A stretch of 63,821 bases of DNA, filler included, from Dimorphilus gyrociliatus (GCA_904063045.1; 7 parts of 7 records of this genome joined end to end with filler, not necessarily neighbours in it), one strand, 5' to 3'; positions 25,392-36,474 are shown, numbered from the whole stretch's first letter. The notes: generated by a model not told the origin, from the sequence alone. Numbers and translations are program-made.

Positions 25392-25708
25392 TCTGCTGGT
25401 CTCCCCGCGACACAATCTTGATAGGCGCGCACTACAGATTGAGTAAAGTGAGGGTTCTTTAACAAGGTGTCGCGCGCCGATTCACTAAACTCAATCGGCT
25501 CACCGATTTCGTTGGCAATGCCCTCCCACCCCACTAAACACATTTTCAGCTCTGGCTCTTGACCCATCAGGACTTTATTCGCGTCCACGGTATCGGTGAT
25601 TTTCAAATCCACTTTGATGGGGTGGCGCTTGGTGTCACCGCCATCGATAGGGACAACAACATCCACGGGCCAATTTTTAACAATGCGTTCATCGGTGACT
25701 TTAAACAT
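25379..25708 (-). CDS. Tail assembly chaperone (G)
   Basis: Between tube and TMP; WPVDVVVPIDGG; LVGWEGI; SD AAGGAG. Confidence 0.8.
   Translation of the reverse strand: MFKVTDERIVKNWPVDVVVPIDGGDTKRHPIKVDLKITDTVDANKVLMGQEPELKMCLVGWEGIANEIGEPIEFSESARDTLLKNPHFTQSVVRAYQDCVAGRPAEKNS
25385..25391 (-). promoter_or_regulatory. Programmed -1 frameshift slippery heptamer A AAA AAC
   Basis: GAA AAA AAC TCA TAG at the chaperone end fits X XXY YYZ; the -1 frame reads KKLIAVVKA. Confidence 0.8.
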
Positions 25709-25743
25709 GGTTAACTCCTTATTTCATGAGGTTTAAACAGGGT

Positions 25744-26652
25744 TTATCGAGTAATGAAGGTGTCGCTATTACCAATGATATTGAGTGGGATAGATAACGT
25801 CGTCGTGCCACTTTGGTCACCGTACGTTGGGCGACCGAGCTGCACTTTGCTGCTGGACCATTCGAACTGATTACCAACAGGGCCATTGGTAAACACCAAG
25901 GTTCTTTCCGATTCCGCCGACGAGAGAGCAAACGCATCCCACGTCCCTTGTGGCGGCGCTTCAATCACAATGGTGCTGGTTGGGGCGTAATCGGTAATTT
26001 GCACCTCTTCATGGCCAACGTACTCGGTGTGCTCAACCGCGTTCGCCTGGTCATACTCTAAAGAGATCAACTTAAGGGCGGTGCCATCAATGGTGAAGGC
26101 GCTGTTTTCTACGCCTATTTTTAGTGGTTTCACCCACGCGCTAAAGTTGGGCGTTGGCAAAGCAGCGGCTTGAGCTGGCGCAAACAGTCCGGTAAAGCTA
26201 AAAGTAATGCCGCCAAAGTTCTTGGCTGGCGCACTGAACTTAAGCGAGCCGCGAGCACCCGTTAACTTATGCAGCGCTCCATCCATATAGAAATAGAGCG
26301 TCAGGCTGTCGGTGGCCTCTTCATGCAACGCGCAGGTAGACGTGGATGCATCCGAGGTCACTTTGCGTAAGCACGCTTTCATTAAGTCCGCCCAAGGCGC
26401 TGGCGTGCCAGCTGCGCTCGATGCGGCCATATCGACGGTGAACTCGACGGTGACGTATTTTTCCATGTGGATTTGCGGTTTATTGCCCAGCTGGCCGTCA
26501 TCATAATCAAGCGACTGAGACTCCCCGGCCATTGGCGTAATAGTAAACTCACGCCCCAAACAGTAAATGGGTGAGCCTGCCGCTATCGCATCCACGCCAT
26601 AGGTAGATTCAACGGCAAAGGCGAGCACCTTTTTCTTATACTTACGAGCCAT
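25744..26652 (-). CDS. Major tail tube protein (non-contractile tail type)
   Basis: 302 aa; KVLAFAVESTYGVD; LTLYFY.DG..HKLTGARG; no sheath gene upstream. Confidence 0.8.
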   Translation of the reverse strand: MARKYKKKVLAFAVESTYGVDAIAAGSPIYCLGREFTITPMAGESQSLDYDDGQLGNKPQIHMEKYVTVEFTVDMAASSAAGTPAPWADLMKACLRKVTSDASTSTCALHEEATDSLTLYFYMDGALHKLTGARGSLKFSAPAKNFGGITFSFTGLFAPAQAAALPTPNFSAWVKPLKIGVENSAFTIDGTALKLISLEYDQANAVEHTEYVGHEEVQITDYAPTSTIVIEAPPQGTWDAFALSSAESERTLVFTNGPVGNQFEWSSSKVQLGRPTYGDQSGTTTLSIPLNIIGNSDTFITR

Positions 26653-27085
26653 AACTTAACTGATCCTCTGTATATTCAGTGACAAACTGGTCTAGCCATG
26701 TTGCTCGACCCGCACTCACGCCTAACATTCGCCCACGCCCCAACCAATATGGTTCGTACTCGCTGTCACCACTCCAACCAAACAACCGTTGGCGTAGCGC
26801 TTGTCGAATAGGCATAAAATCTATGGGCTTGCCGTTAATACTTTTTGCCTCTATCACCACGCCCACGGTCGCGATACAGCTTTGCAAGTACGCCCCTGTG
26901 CCACGTACGTCGGGCTTTGGGGCGTCATCCACCAAAAACACGTATAAGGTTGGCGTTCTCGTGGTGGACACTTGCTTGTCATTGACTTGCGTCAGTGAGT
27001 CGATTTCCTTCACATCGACCCAAGGCACACTGGCCATGTCTTGTTTTAAGTGGCGAATGGTGAGCGCTATTAAATCATTTTGCAT
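26642..27085 (-). CDS. Mu gp37-like tail terminator
   Basis: TPTLYV...RQRLFGW..D..YEP; follows gp36. Confidence 0.7.
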   Translation of the reverse strand: MQNDLIALTIRHLKQDMASVPWVDVKEIDSLTQVNDKQVSTTRTPTLYVFLVDDAPKPDVRGTGAYLQSCIATVGVVIEAKSINGKPIDFMPIRQALRQRLFGWSGDSEYEPYWLGRGRMLGVSAGRATWLDQFVTEYTEDQLSYGS

Positions 27086-27093
27086 CGCGCCCC

Positions 27094-27522
27094 CTAGATG
27101 AAGCCCTTCGCGCTATCGCGACCAAACACACTGCCTACGGACATCATTTCAGCGCTGTTGGTTTGCTCTGGCTTGGTTTGGGTATCACTTAAACCAAGCT
27201 GTACCTGCCCGCGCCCCACTTGCTCTAAGTACTTCACCGCGTCCACATAACGCTTCGCGGCTTGGTGCTCTCCGCCCAACGTATCGTCATAAAGGTAATA
27301 ACGGCTTAAGTCGCAACAAATACGCTCTAAAATGGTGGGCACATTGCGCAGTGGTAGGGCGTAGCGCCCACCTAAATAACCATCAATGGTTGAGCTGGCG
27401 TCTTTAATGGCTTGCTCGGCCACGTCCAGCACCAGCGCGCCCATCGAACCGTCTTTGTCGGTTAAGGCAATGAGCTCTTGCTCACTAAAGCGCCCTTGTA
27501 ACTGAGTGACCGTGCAATACAT
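27094..27522 (-). CDS. Mu gp36-like (DUF1320) head-tail connector
   Basis: MYCT..QL..RF.E.EL..LTD; AI.DASSTIDGYL.GRY.LPL; CCDLSRYYLY. Confidence 0.9.
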   Translation of the reverse strand: MYCTVTQLQGRFSEQELIALTDKDGSMGALVLDVAEQAIKDASSTIDGYLGGRYALPLRNVPTILERICCDLSRYYLYDDTLGGEHQAAKRYVDAVKYLEQVGRGQVQLGLSDTQTKPEQTNSAEMMSVGSVFGRDSAKGFI

Positions 27523-27957
27523 TTATTCGCCCTCGTGATGGGTTTGGATTTGGCTTTGCATCGCTTCCCACGCGGCATCACGCTCACTTGCCGATACCTT
27601 CTGCCCTACTCGCTCAGCCAGTGCGTCCACTTGGGGCTTTCCACTGCTGGTAAAGTGCTGGTTGTTAGAGGGATCGAGTTGCTTGATAACCTCAATAAGC
27701 GCAACTAGTGGCTCGGTTACAAGGTGAGATAACGCACCCGCATCCACGGCCCCCGATTGCTCACCGCTCGGACTTGCTTGAACGTCGCGAACTTTGAGGC
27801 GTGGATCTTGTTTGAGCATTTCCATCTGGGTGGTCGTAATCGTTTCTGGCTCGATACGGTTGTCGCCTTTTTCAAACGCGATACCCGCACGGCGGTAACC
27901 GCCATGTGCCAGATTTTTAACAGTAATTGCTTGAGTGATGAGATTGATTTTCGCCAT
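27523..27957 (-). CDS. Mu gp35/HI1506-like protein with C-terminal HeH/LEM-like domain
   Basis: GYRRAGIAF...QMEMLKQDPRLKV; FTSSGKPQVDAL; true start is the ATG at 27957. Confidence 0.75.
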   Translation of the reverse strand: MAKINLITQAITVKNLAHGGYRRAGIAFEKGDNRIEPETITTTQMEMLKQDPRLKVRDVQASPSGEQSGAVDAGALSHLVTEPLVALIEVIKQLDPSNNQHFTSSGKPQVDALAERVGQKVSASERDAAWEAMQSQIQTHHEGE

Positions 27958-27993
27958 GACATGCAGCTCTCCAGTAAAAAGGATGGGAAACCA

Positions 27994-28022
27994 TGCAAGC
28001 GACAGCCGCGCTGCCACCTGCA
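27994..28022 (-). terminator. GC-rich stem-loop after the capsid gene (possible attenuating terminator or RNA stabiliser)
   Basis: TGCAGGTGGCAGC-GCG-GCTGTCGCTTGCA forms a 13-bp stem with G-U pairs; only a weak U tract follows. Confidence 0.4.
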
Positions 28023-28044
28023 TTAAACCAGGTTTAAACGGCGT

Positions 28045-28616
28045 TTAAGGCAACCAAGGGACCACTAGCACTTGCACTGCTTTATAGTTGGTATTGGTTT
28101 CGCCCTGTGCTTTGTTTTCCGCTTCAATCACTTTCTTCGCAGCGGCTCGATTGGATGGTCCCACCACCAACAGGTTAGGCATGATGCCAAGTGGGCGACC
28201 TTGGTCTGATTTGAATTCCATCATCGACTGAAAGCCAGAATCGAAATTGGCATCATTGAGGGTCGCTTTTGAGGCAAACGCTTGTTGCCAAAAGCCAAAG
28301 CCCCAGTTACCGCGTGCGTCCACGCCATAGACGTACTCATCAAACATAAACACATGATCAGACGTATCATGATTGGTTTTACTGACCAGGTTGTAGTCTT
28401 TACGACGCTGGAAAATAAACGGCTTAAGCGGTCGGCTGGTATCAAACAAATACCAAGCACAGCCAGCGCCCGTTTGGAAGTTAGACACAGAGGTGGTTTC
28501 GCCTTCACGCCCTACGGGATGGTCAGTATCAAAGAAGTACTGGCCGTCGTAACATGCTTCACTAAAGCCAGTTTGAATCAGCTCAAACAGCTTTTGGTCT
28601 GGGTGCGTTGCGGCGG
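28045..28616 (-). CDS. Mu gpT-like major capsid protein, 5'-truncated
   Basis: Frame is open to the contig end: AATHPDQKLF...CYDGQYFFDTDHPV...WYLFDTSRPLKPFIFQRRK...YGVDARGNWGFGFWQ. Confidence 0.92.
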
Positions 28617-28716
28617 NNNNNNNNNNNNNNNNNNNNNNNNNNNNNNNNNNNNNNNNNNNNTTAATTAATTAANNNNNNNNNNNNNNNNNNNNNNNNNNNN
28701 NNNNNNNNNNNNNNNN
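28617..28716. other. Artificial contig spacer
   Basis: Same N44-TTAATTAATTAA-N44 structure. Confidence 0.98.
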
Positions 28717-28914
28717 AAAACTAATAGCAAAACAGTGAAAAATGGCTTTCTTAATATTTGCGATGGAGTTGAAAATTCATCACAAACATTGAAGTTTATT
28801 TGTTTAAGAAACTGCTTTCTAAATGAAGAACAGTGTGCAAAAATCGAAAGTCTTTTAAAAAAATGTTCCAAAATAAAAATGGAGATTGACAATGCCAATG
28901 AGCAAATGGAGTAA
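28717..28914 (+). CDS. 3' end of an RNI-like leucine-rich-repeat protein
   Basis: TLKFICLRNCFLNEEQCAKIESLL fits an LRR; open from the contig start. Confidence 0.4.
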   Translation, partial: KTNSKTVKNGFLNICDGVENSSQTLKFICLRNCFLNEEQCAKIESLLKKCSKIKMEIDNANEQME

Positions 28915-28920
28915 AACACT

Positions 28921-29130
28921 TCAGCATAAATTTTTTAACTGGAATTTACAACTAATTGATAAACAGACCATGATTGAAGTACTACTTTTAATGAAGGATT
29001 CTTCAAAGTAATCAAGCAAAGCTGAAAACAAATTCTTTTCACAAAGTTCTGCTTTTAGATGGTCAAACTGTTGTTCCAAGAACTTTGATGGAAGGTAGGC
29101 TAAGCACTTAATTTTCTTTGTAATTTTCAT
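28921..29130 (-). mobile_element. MULE transposase C-terminal fragment
   Basis: KCLAYLP...F..L......LLDYFE..FI, comparable to ALPFLP...LLEYIETQWI at 60900-61090. Confidence 0.55.
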
Positions 29131-29477
29131 AGGTCTTGGTTACAAAATCATTCAATAAAATTAAACTGACAGATTTTTTGTTGAAAATGTCAATTTGATT
29201 TTCAAACTAGATGTTAAGTGAATGTTTAACTGGTTGTTAATGTTTGGCAATGTTTGCATTTTTTATGCAGTTAACTTATACTACTGAAAATGATTGCTAA
29301 ATATTTGATAAATGCACTGGGTTTGTTTCTCTTTTATTTCTGTCATTCTTAACATTTTTGATTAGATAGTAAAGAAGTTTTTGAAAATTTGCCAATAATT
29401 CAGAATACTTTTAAGAAATATAAAATGATTATTTTCTCTGTAATTTGAGTGAAATATTTATAAATATTGTATATGTC

Positions 29478-30116
29478 TGTGACAAAATAGTTTATTGTCC
29501 ATTTGAAGTAGATGAGAAGGATTGTAAAGACAATTCTTTACTAACAAGATTATTTAGATGGATCAGATGATGAAGATCAATGTGGCAAGGTTTATTAGGG
29601 TTTTTAAATTTTTGAATTTTTAAATTAACAATAATTGGAAATTTAAAAATTTCAATACCAGTTTTTAATACAAATTTAAAACTACTTTCAATTTCAAGAA
29701 ATCAATAGAAAATACTGAAATTATTGAAAAAATTATTAAACTCTACTGCAAATTGTCTACTATCTTCAGAATCATTCAATACTTGCTCAAATCTATCAAG
29801 TTCACATTTTACTAGATCAAATTTTTGGTGTTTTGGTATTCTAGGCCTATTCGGAAATATTTCATCACTGTTAATTCAATTTAAAATTGACTTTTTTCCC
29901 AATAGTTATAGAGTATGTTTGGTTATTGGTGATCTTTTAAAATCTGTCTATATCCTTGGTATAGCAGTTGCTGATTTATACTTTAAGAATGACTATATTG
30001 AGAAAGATTATAGGTGGCGCAAAAGTATATTCTGTATTCTATTAGGTTCATCTATGACATTTTTATTGCTACTCTTCTATGGGAGCATCTTACTGCTGAC
30101 AGATGTCTTAACATAA
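29478..30116 (+). pseudogene. Truncated GRL101-like (LDLa/LGR) GPCR fragment
   Basis: LDLa remnants (VCDKIVYCPFEVDEKDC, DDEDQC); CSNL...FWCFGILGLFGN; GDLL..VY...IAVADLYF..Y.....WR.S..C; stops after TM3. Confidence 0.6.
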
Positions 30117-30321
30117 ATTTTTATTGGTGTGAAAATATGTTTTCTATTATAAAATTATAATGTTTATCATATTTCAAATATCTTGTAGTAAAGTAATATA
30201 ATACCAAAAATTTACTTGAAAGTTTAACAAGCATTTTTAAATTGCTAACTAGATATTAAATATTTTCCATTTTTACATATAGCAAAATTTTTTTATATAA
30301 TAATATATAATGTGTCACTTC

Positions 30322-31962
30322 TCAGCTGATCCCTGTAATCTTGTAAAAGCATATTTTCAGAGTTTCTTCAACTTTTGTAAAAGCTTTAATATAAACAGCT
30401 TGACAATAATCTTCTTTACATGTACATGAATATGTACAATAATGATTATCATCACCATCAATTAATTCACAACCAAAGAACTGTCCAAAAAATGTTGGCT
30501 CTATTTGTAAGCCATCTGGTATGTATACTAGAACTCCAGAAATTGGTAAAAATTTTCTAACATTAATACAATTTTGTAGATTTTGACCTTTAATTGTTAT
30601 TTTAAAATTTTGAAATTCAGAATTAACTGTAGGCCATGGAATTCTTAGATTAAACATTTTAAAATTCATTACATCAACGCAAGTATTTGCACTTTCATTA
30701 TCAATTATATTTTTGATATTTTGTTGATTAGCACTCTTTGTATCATCAAAAATTGGTCCATTAGTACAGGAGTGAATGTTAATGTATTGTCGGTTGTCCA
30801 CTGAATTGTAGTCGCAAATATCTGCTACTGAATCCAATGTAGTACACTGTTTCACTGTCTTGTCAAGTGCATAGGTAGAAATATCACAATTTGTTTCACT
30901 ATTACAAATAGTTTTACATTCTTTCATACTTTTTACAGTGTGTTCATCGGAAGTTCCACAATTCACTTTAAAACAAGTTTGTAGTTTTTCAGCTAGTCTG
31001 TGATATGTGACTCTATTAAGAAGATTTACATTACCAGTTTCTTTACAATAAGCATCTGATAAAATGCAGACAGTTTTCAATAGATCATATGTAAAACAAC
31101 TACAACTGGATGTTTGTAAACATTTCTTTGAGCAATCTTTCAAAGAAATTGCACTAAAAACCAATAGAGTAGATGTTAATGTAGTAGCTCTTGTAACTTT
31201 TATAAATCCTGGTATAAAAGTATCATCATAGTAACATTTTCCATCAACAAAACAACATCCATAAGCTTCACAGTTAATTTGTGTTGTTTTTGAAGATCCA
31301 CACAAGATTTTACTGATATTATGACACTGTTTACTTTTTATAACTGGATCTGATAATTAAATATTCATTTTTTTGAATTATTAACTCACTTTTAAATGGA
31401 ATTTCATACTTACCACATTTTCCATTTTTTCTTCCATAATAATCGTATGTTGATATGCTGTGGTAGTAATTTGGTGCTGAATATTTGTCTTTAGTATTCA
31501 AATTGCATTTTGATGAAGGTCTATAATACTCAATTGATCTATGCAAATGAATAGTGGTTTTTATGAAAATGATAAAGAAAGTGTCAATTTTAATTTATAT
31601 ATGAATCAAGGTTATATTAACCCCAACACTCAAATCAATCATTTGACAAACCATAGCAATTATTTAATATCTAAATATATGCAATATATTTACCGACATC
31701 CAGTTGCTTGTATACATTTTAATTTACAAATTTCCAGACTTACTGATAAACCAGATTGAATATTGTTATCAGTTATACGATGAGACGGTACCTTCTCCGT
31801 AAAACATACTGTAAAAATCAATATATCTGAATTTGTAAATACTGTATAAATTAGAAAAAAATTTAAAAAAAGTAAATCTTTACTGTCTGTTCTACATTCA
31901 ACATTTTCAAAGTGAACCATTAAAAATCCTATTAAAATATAAGAATGCTGAAGAAGTTTCAT
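30322..31962 (-). CDS. Secreted PAN - trefoil - PAN - PAN - Cys-rich C-terminal domain protein (spliced)
   Basis: Signal peptide; SLEICKLKCIQATGC; CHNISKILCG...NCEAYGCCF..KCYY (P-domain); LKDCSKKCLQTSSC; MKECKTICNSETNC; introns restore the frame. Confidence 0.7.
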
Positions 31963-32076
31963 ATCAAGGAGAGAGGTGAAATTGTTGAATGTTTAAAAAT
32001 GTTTTTGTTTTCTTACATAAAAAAACTGGTAAATATTATTTTTTAATAGAATCAATGAAATGAGTTAATATTTTAA

Positions 32077-32176
32077 NNNNNNNNNNNNNNNNNNNNNNNN
32101 NNNNNNNNNNNNNNNNNNNNTTAATTAATTAANNNNNNNNNNNNNNNNNNNNNNNNNNNNNNNNNNNNNNNNNNNN
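32077..32176. other. Artificial contig spacer
   Basis: Same N44-TTAATTAATTAA-N44 structure. Confidence 0.98.
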
Positions 32177-33699
32177 AGAAAATATAACAATAATAATATT
32201 AATCAATGGGTAATTTTTATTATTAAATAAAACAGGCCTTTATTTTTCCCTTGAATAGTTCAGTCTTCCATAAAAAGTTTAGCTGCCTACTAAGAGGAAT
32301 ATGAGGTTCGTGTATATTTATTAAGGGGAATGCAATCCAACCAGATTCTATTTATAAACAGAAAAGTACCATGCAATTACTATTGTAGAACAAATAGCAA
32401 TGATATGATTTGATATTATAGCTTATAGTAGTTTATTACCTGAATAATTTTCCGAATTATTGATATTGCGAAATCTCTCGCAGAGTATACTTTGTCTTTG
32501 GTTACGAAGCTCTATTACACACGTGTAACTATGTAAACCGTACTTTGGATCAATATCACATCTCGGAGCTTTGACAATCTTTGATGAAAATATTCTAAAG
32601 CAGAAAGTAGTTACAATTATAAAAATAGGTGTGATAGAGTATTAAACAGAATAGTGCATACCCATCGACAGTTCCCTTCAAACAGCGATCCAAAAGGTTA
32701 TGACAAGGAAGTAAATAATGCCAAAAGGCTGCTTCATCATTCCCCTTCCAGGCAGCTAACATTAAATTATCCATAAGATAATAAATGTCAATGTGATCAT
32801 CTCCAGCCATATTTGTCTTTTTTGTTTTACTCCAATCGAATTTTTTGTCCAACATTAACGACTTCGTAGAAGTTTTACCCAAAGCCTTTTGGTTTTTTAT
32901 ATTGTAGAACAAAGGTATGGAAGCAATAATTCGAACACGTCGTAGTCGAGATAAGGAAATTGATTCTAGACTAAACCACCTAACGCTGGCTGACGTTTTA
33001 AAAGTTGAAAAATCCTCAGAATAATATTTATGGTTGTCTCCATCATGATTAGTCAATATTAGAGTCCAGATGATTTTAAGATTAATTATTTGATTAAAGC
33101 CAGTTGTCAAACCAGTATATGGATCAGCTTTGGGTTTTTTCAATAACTTCAATCGCTTTTCTTTCGCTCCTCGTATACATTTTATCTTCCAAAGGAAATG
33201 TGGATCGTTTGAAGTTTTATTAAGGTATACTTTATATATCTTCTTCCATATTAAGCTATATTGATTATCATTAATTAGATCAAGCCAAGGTTTAATAGAT
33301 AAAATTTATATCGGTTAGATGGAATGAAATCTATGGTTATTTTACTTTTTAATTATAAATAATACCATACTTATCGCTGGCCAAGCTGGAGAAACGCTGA
33401 CAAATGCAAGCGACTGATAATAAATCCCCTGGGTTCAAATAAGACAGGATATTAAAGAGCACATCGTCCGGTAATCTGTTGTGGAAAGAAACGGTAAGCG
33501 ATTCGCTTCGTCTTTCTTTATAATGTGTTTTCTAGTTCAATTGTACGTACTTATCCAGAGACGCAGCACATTTGATACGATTATATGAATACCCTTTAGG
33601 GTCTGTTGAACTTCTTGAACGGGGTATCGATGGAAGGACGGAATGAGGAGTTAAATTCCGTCGGTAAAGAATTTGTTTATCACCGGTGTTCTGCGCCAT
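32177..33699 (-). CDS. FBXO15: F-box only protein 15, multi-exon, 3'-truncated
   Basis: ATG at 33699; F-box LPDDVLFNILSYLNPGDLLSVACICQRF; later exons WTLIL...SVRW...MLAAWK..EAAF...LLDR..G and DPKYGLHSY match the FBXO15 C-terminal region as I recall it. Confidence 0.8.
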
Positions 33700-34220
33700 C
33701 TGACGGTGTCTACAGCAAAAAAAAGCGCATGCGCATTAAAGGTTCCACAGAATTTCTGGGAAATTTAAAAACGTTCGATTGAATAATAATCAATCTGCAA
33801 ACATTACTCTAGATATTATGTTTATTTAAATATCATTACGACTATTTACATATATCTAAGTAACAAATAACAAGAGATAAGGCACTTTTAAGTAAAACTA
33901 AATATAGGGAGAGAGTCTACGAAATGGAGGATAGATTATTACGAGACAAGCATCTATAGGGGCCACAAAAAACAATTAAATATAAACCAGGAACAGGCTG
34001 TTAATGGAATAATTGATTAAATAAACTTTTTTTATTTATCATTTTTAATAAAAAATGTGTTTTATTAAAAAAAAAAAAGATTAATAGAAGGAACTGATCG
34101 TTCTAATTCTCATATTCCAATTGATATTTCTATTTCACTGTTTAAAAGCAATTGACGCGTGGCGCTATTATTTTATATTGCAGCGCCGCGTGTCGGCTAA
34201 AGCCTTTATTAAAGTGAGGA

Positions 34221-34986
34221 ATGACTGCCTTGGAAACGGGTGGTTTTTCGGACGGCATTTTCGATCCACCTTTAACCGAAAAGGATAGGGAAGAAATCGG
34301 ATGTTCGATATGGTAAGTTTAAAAAGAAAAATTAGTATTTTAATAACAGTAATCAATCTTATTCAATTAACTGTATTTTTATTCTCTATTTACTCTATTC
34401 TCCTTTTTCCTTTCAAAGCCTACTCATGCCGAGGGACGCCCAAGAGTGTATAAATGGCCATATATTTTGCAAAACCTGCATATCACTCTGGGAAAGCAAA
34501 AATTCGAAATGTCCAGTCTGTCGAACAGTAACAGCTTATCTACCAAAAATGATTTCCAAGTTCGAAGAATTGACCGTTAAGTGCATTGATTGTAACTGGA
34601 AAGGAGATTTAAATCTATATGGAGAACACGAGAAAATACATAAAAAGAATATATCAACCAATCAAACAAATTTAAATTCTCCCCCGAAACGACGAAAACC
34701 CGTTAATGATTTGAGACATCACTTAGACGCTTTTGCAAGTGAATTGGAACGACGGAAGAGAGCAGTCGAAAGATTCTATATTGAAAGAGAAAGAAAACGA
34801 CGACAGTACCAGAGAGAGGTAAACTTACTATCTAGACAGCTGGATTTTTTGGCAGATGACTTAATTAGAGCAAACCAAGAGTTAGAAAGACCTAGACGAC
34901 CTCGAACTAGATCGTTGACCCATTTAGACGCAGAAAACGTGACGACTAGGGCAAGGGCATCCACGATGCCAAGAGTTGATGTTTGA
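34221..34986 (+). CDS. C3HC4 RING + TRAF-type Zn finger + coiled-coil E3 ligase (RNF151/RNF41-like); exons 34221-34312 and 34419-34986
   Basis: Splicing gives GGFSDGIFDPPL...CSIC...CINGHIFCKTC...CPVC, then KCIDCNWKG...EH..IH. Confidence 0.8.
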
Positions 34987-36051
34987 CCATATTATCGCTC
35001 AGTGAGAACTTACCCAGTATTAACAATTAAAGGTCATAAAAATGTTGATTATTTTTTAAACGATTTGTACTAAAATGTAAATATGTTAAACACTAGCAGA
35101 CTAGTTTTAGTATTTATTTTATACGGCGCCTGCATTTAGTGTTCGTGACCTAGTTCCTTATGTACTCGGTGCTTCTCCGCTGCTGTAGAAAATTTTATTT
35201 GCTTTTATTGCTGTATGTTTTGTTCGCAGATTTATTGAAAAAAAAAGGAAAAATAGCTGCAAATTCTGTACACTTTTGAATACATTTCGTATCTTGTTTC
35301 TACCACTTGAATTATTCATTACTCTTATCGTTCAATCATTTCTCTCCTAGTGTCAATCTACATGGGACAAAAAATTCTGTACAATAATAATAATCATACT
35401 CGACTCTGCTGTATATAGGTTGAAATTGACTTAGCAATCAATGCGATTGTCTTTGGCGTCTAGTATAGGCCTGTAGGTTTGCCTGATAAATAAGCACAAG
35501 CACACATTGGTTTAAAGATAAGTTGATAAATATAGTATTCTTAGTTAATTTTACTCTTCTTTATTCGCATAATAAATTTAATTTCTACGCTCCATAGTTT
35601 ATATATAAAGCGAGCGTGGTGAGAAAAAGATACCAAAGACGATTTCCAAGAATTACCCGTTGACCTTAGAATAATTTGGAAGTGAGCCTAGACCAACCCA
35701 TCTGCCAGCTATTTCTGTCACTTATCAATAATCTATAATAATAATAAAAAATACATTCATTATTTATAAAGATTCTTCTCTTTAAAGAAAAACAATCTAT
35801 CAATGATCGTTAGTTTGACAGATTATAGATAACTTTATTCGAAAAGGATAAAATGTATCGTATAATTTGTGTTAGATAATACGTCTGATCTTTTACGAAA
35901 AAGTCAGAATGTTATGTCTAATATTCCTTTACAACCTAGCGAAAACTTACTAAGTAAATATACGAGTTGATCGTAGGTTAGATTGATTGGATTTGTACAA
36001 TTTCACCATCGAATACTATTATGGAAATTAAAGCTAGCGGATGTGGAGAAT

Positions 36052-36130
36052 AAGAGACAGAGAGAGGCAGAGAGAGGCAGAGAGAGACAGACAGAGAGAG
36101 ACAGAGACACACACAGAGACAGAGAGACAG
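36052..36130. repeat. (GA)-rich microsatellite
   Basis: AGAGACAGAGAGAGGCAGAG... run. Confidence 0.9.
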
Positions 36131-36412
36131 AGCAGCCATTGCATAGAATAGGAGAAAAACGAGGGTAGAATTGAAACAGAATATGTAATAAAACTTGGAG
36201 TATCAGGAAATTTTTTCTCTTTAAGCCTATATTTACCATACCTTGATTAATGGTCTTCAAACTCTCATTAACCCGTTTTCCTATTTGACTTAAGCTTTCT
36301 ACTTTTTTCTCTTTTTAGGATTTTTCAATAAAAATATAAATGTATTATTCAATATTAATCACATGGAGTATAGAGTATCAATACACGAAGTATATACAGG
36401 GTAAATTCACAT

Positions 36413-36474
36413 ATGGATATATATATATATATATGCTGTATATACTGTATATATATATATATATATATATATAT
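36413..36474. repeat. (TA)n microsatellite
   Basis: Interrupted TATATA run. Confidence 0.9.

Larger units (their letters stand above)
19161..28616 (-). mobile_element. Mu-like (transposable) phage or prophage late operon with siphovirus-type tail, truncated at both ends
   Basis: Eleven or twelve tightly packed co-oriented genes with SD motifs, about 50% GC by eye. Order: gpT, gp35-like, gp36, gp37, tube, chaperones, TMP, Dit, hub, NlpC/P60, J. No sheath gene. Confidence 0.9.

Noticed and set aside
19161-28616. Phage integrated in, or horizontally transferred to, the animal genome; or a gene transfer agent or tailocin
   Set aside because: It is bounded by artificial spacers, so there is no junction evidence. 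The Mu-type capsid and neck genes and the absence of a sheath fit a transposable siphophage better.
19478-28668. Plus-strand and alternative-frame ORFs overlapping phage genes
   Set aside because: They are shadows of the dense minus-strand operon with no recognisable motifs (the exception is the GT frame, which is reported).
35983-36260. RE/RD-rich and SL-rich ORFs
   Set aside because: They arise from the (GA)n microsatellite.
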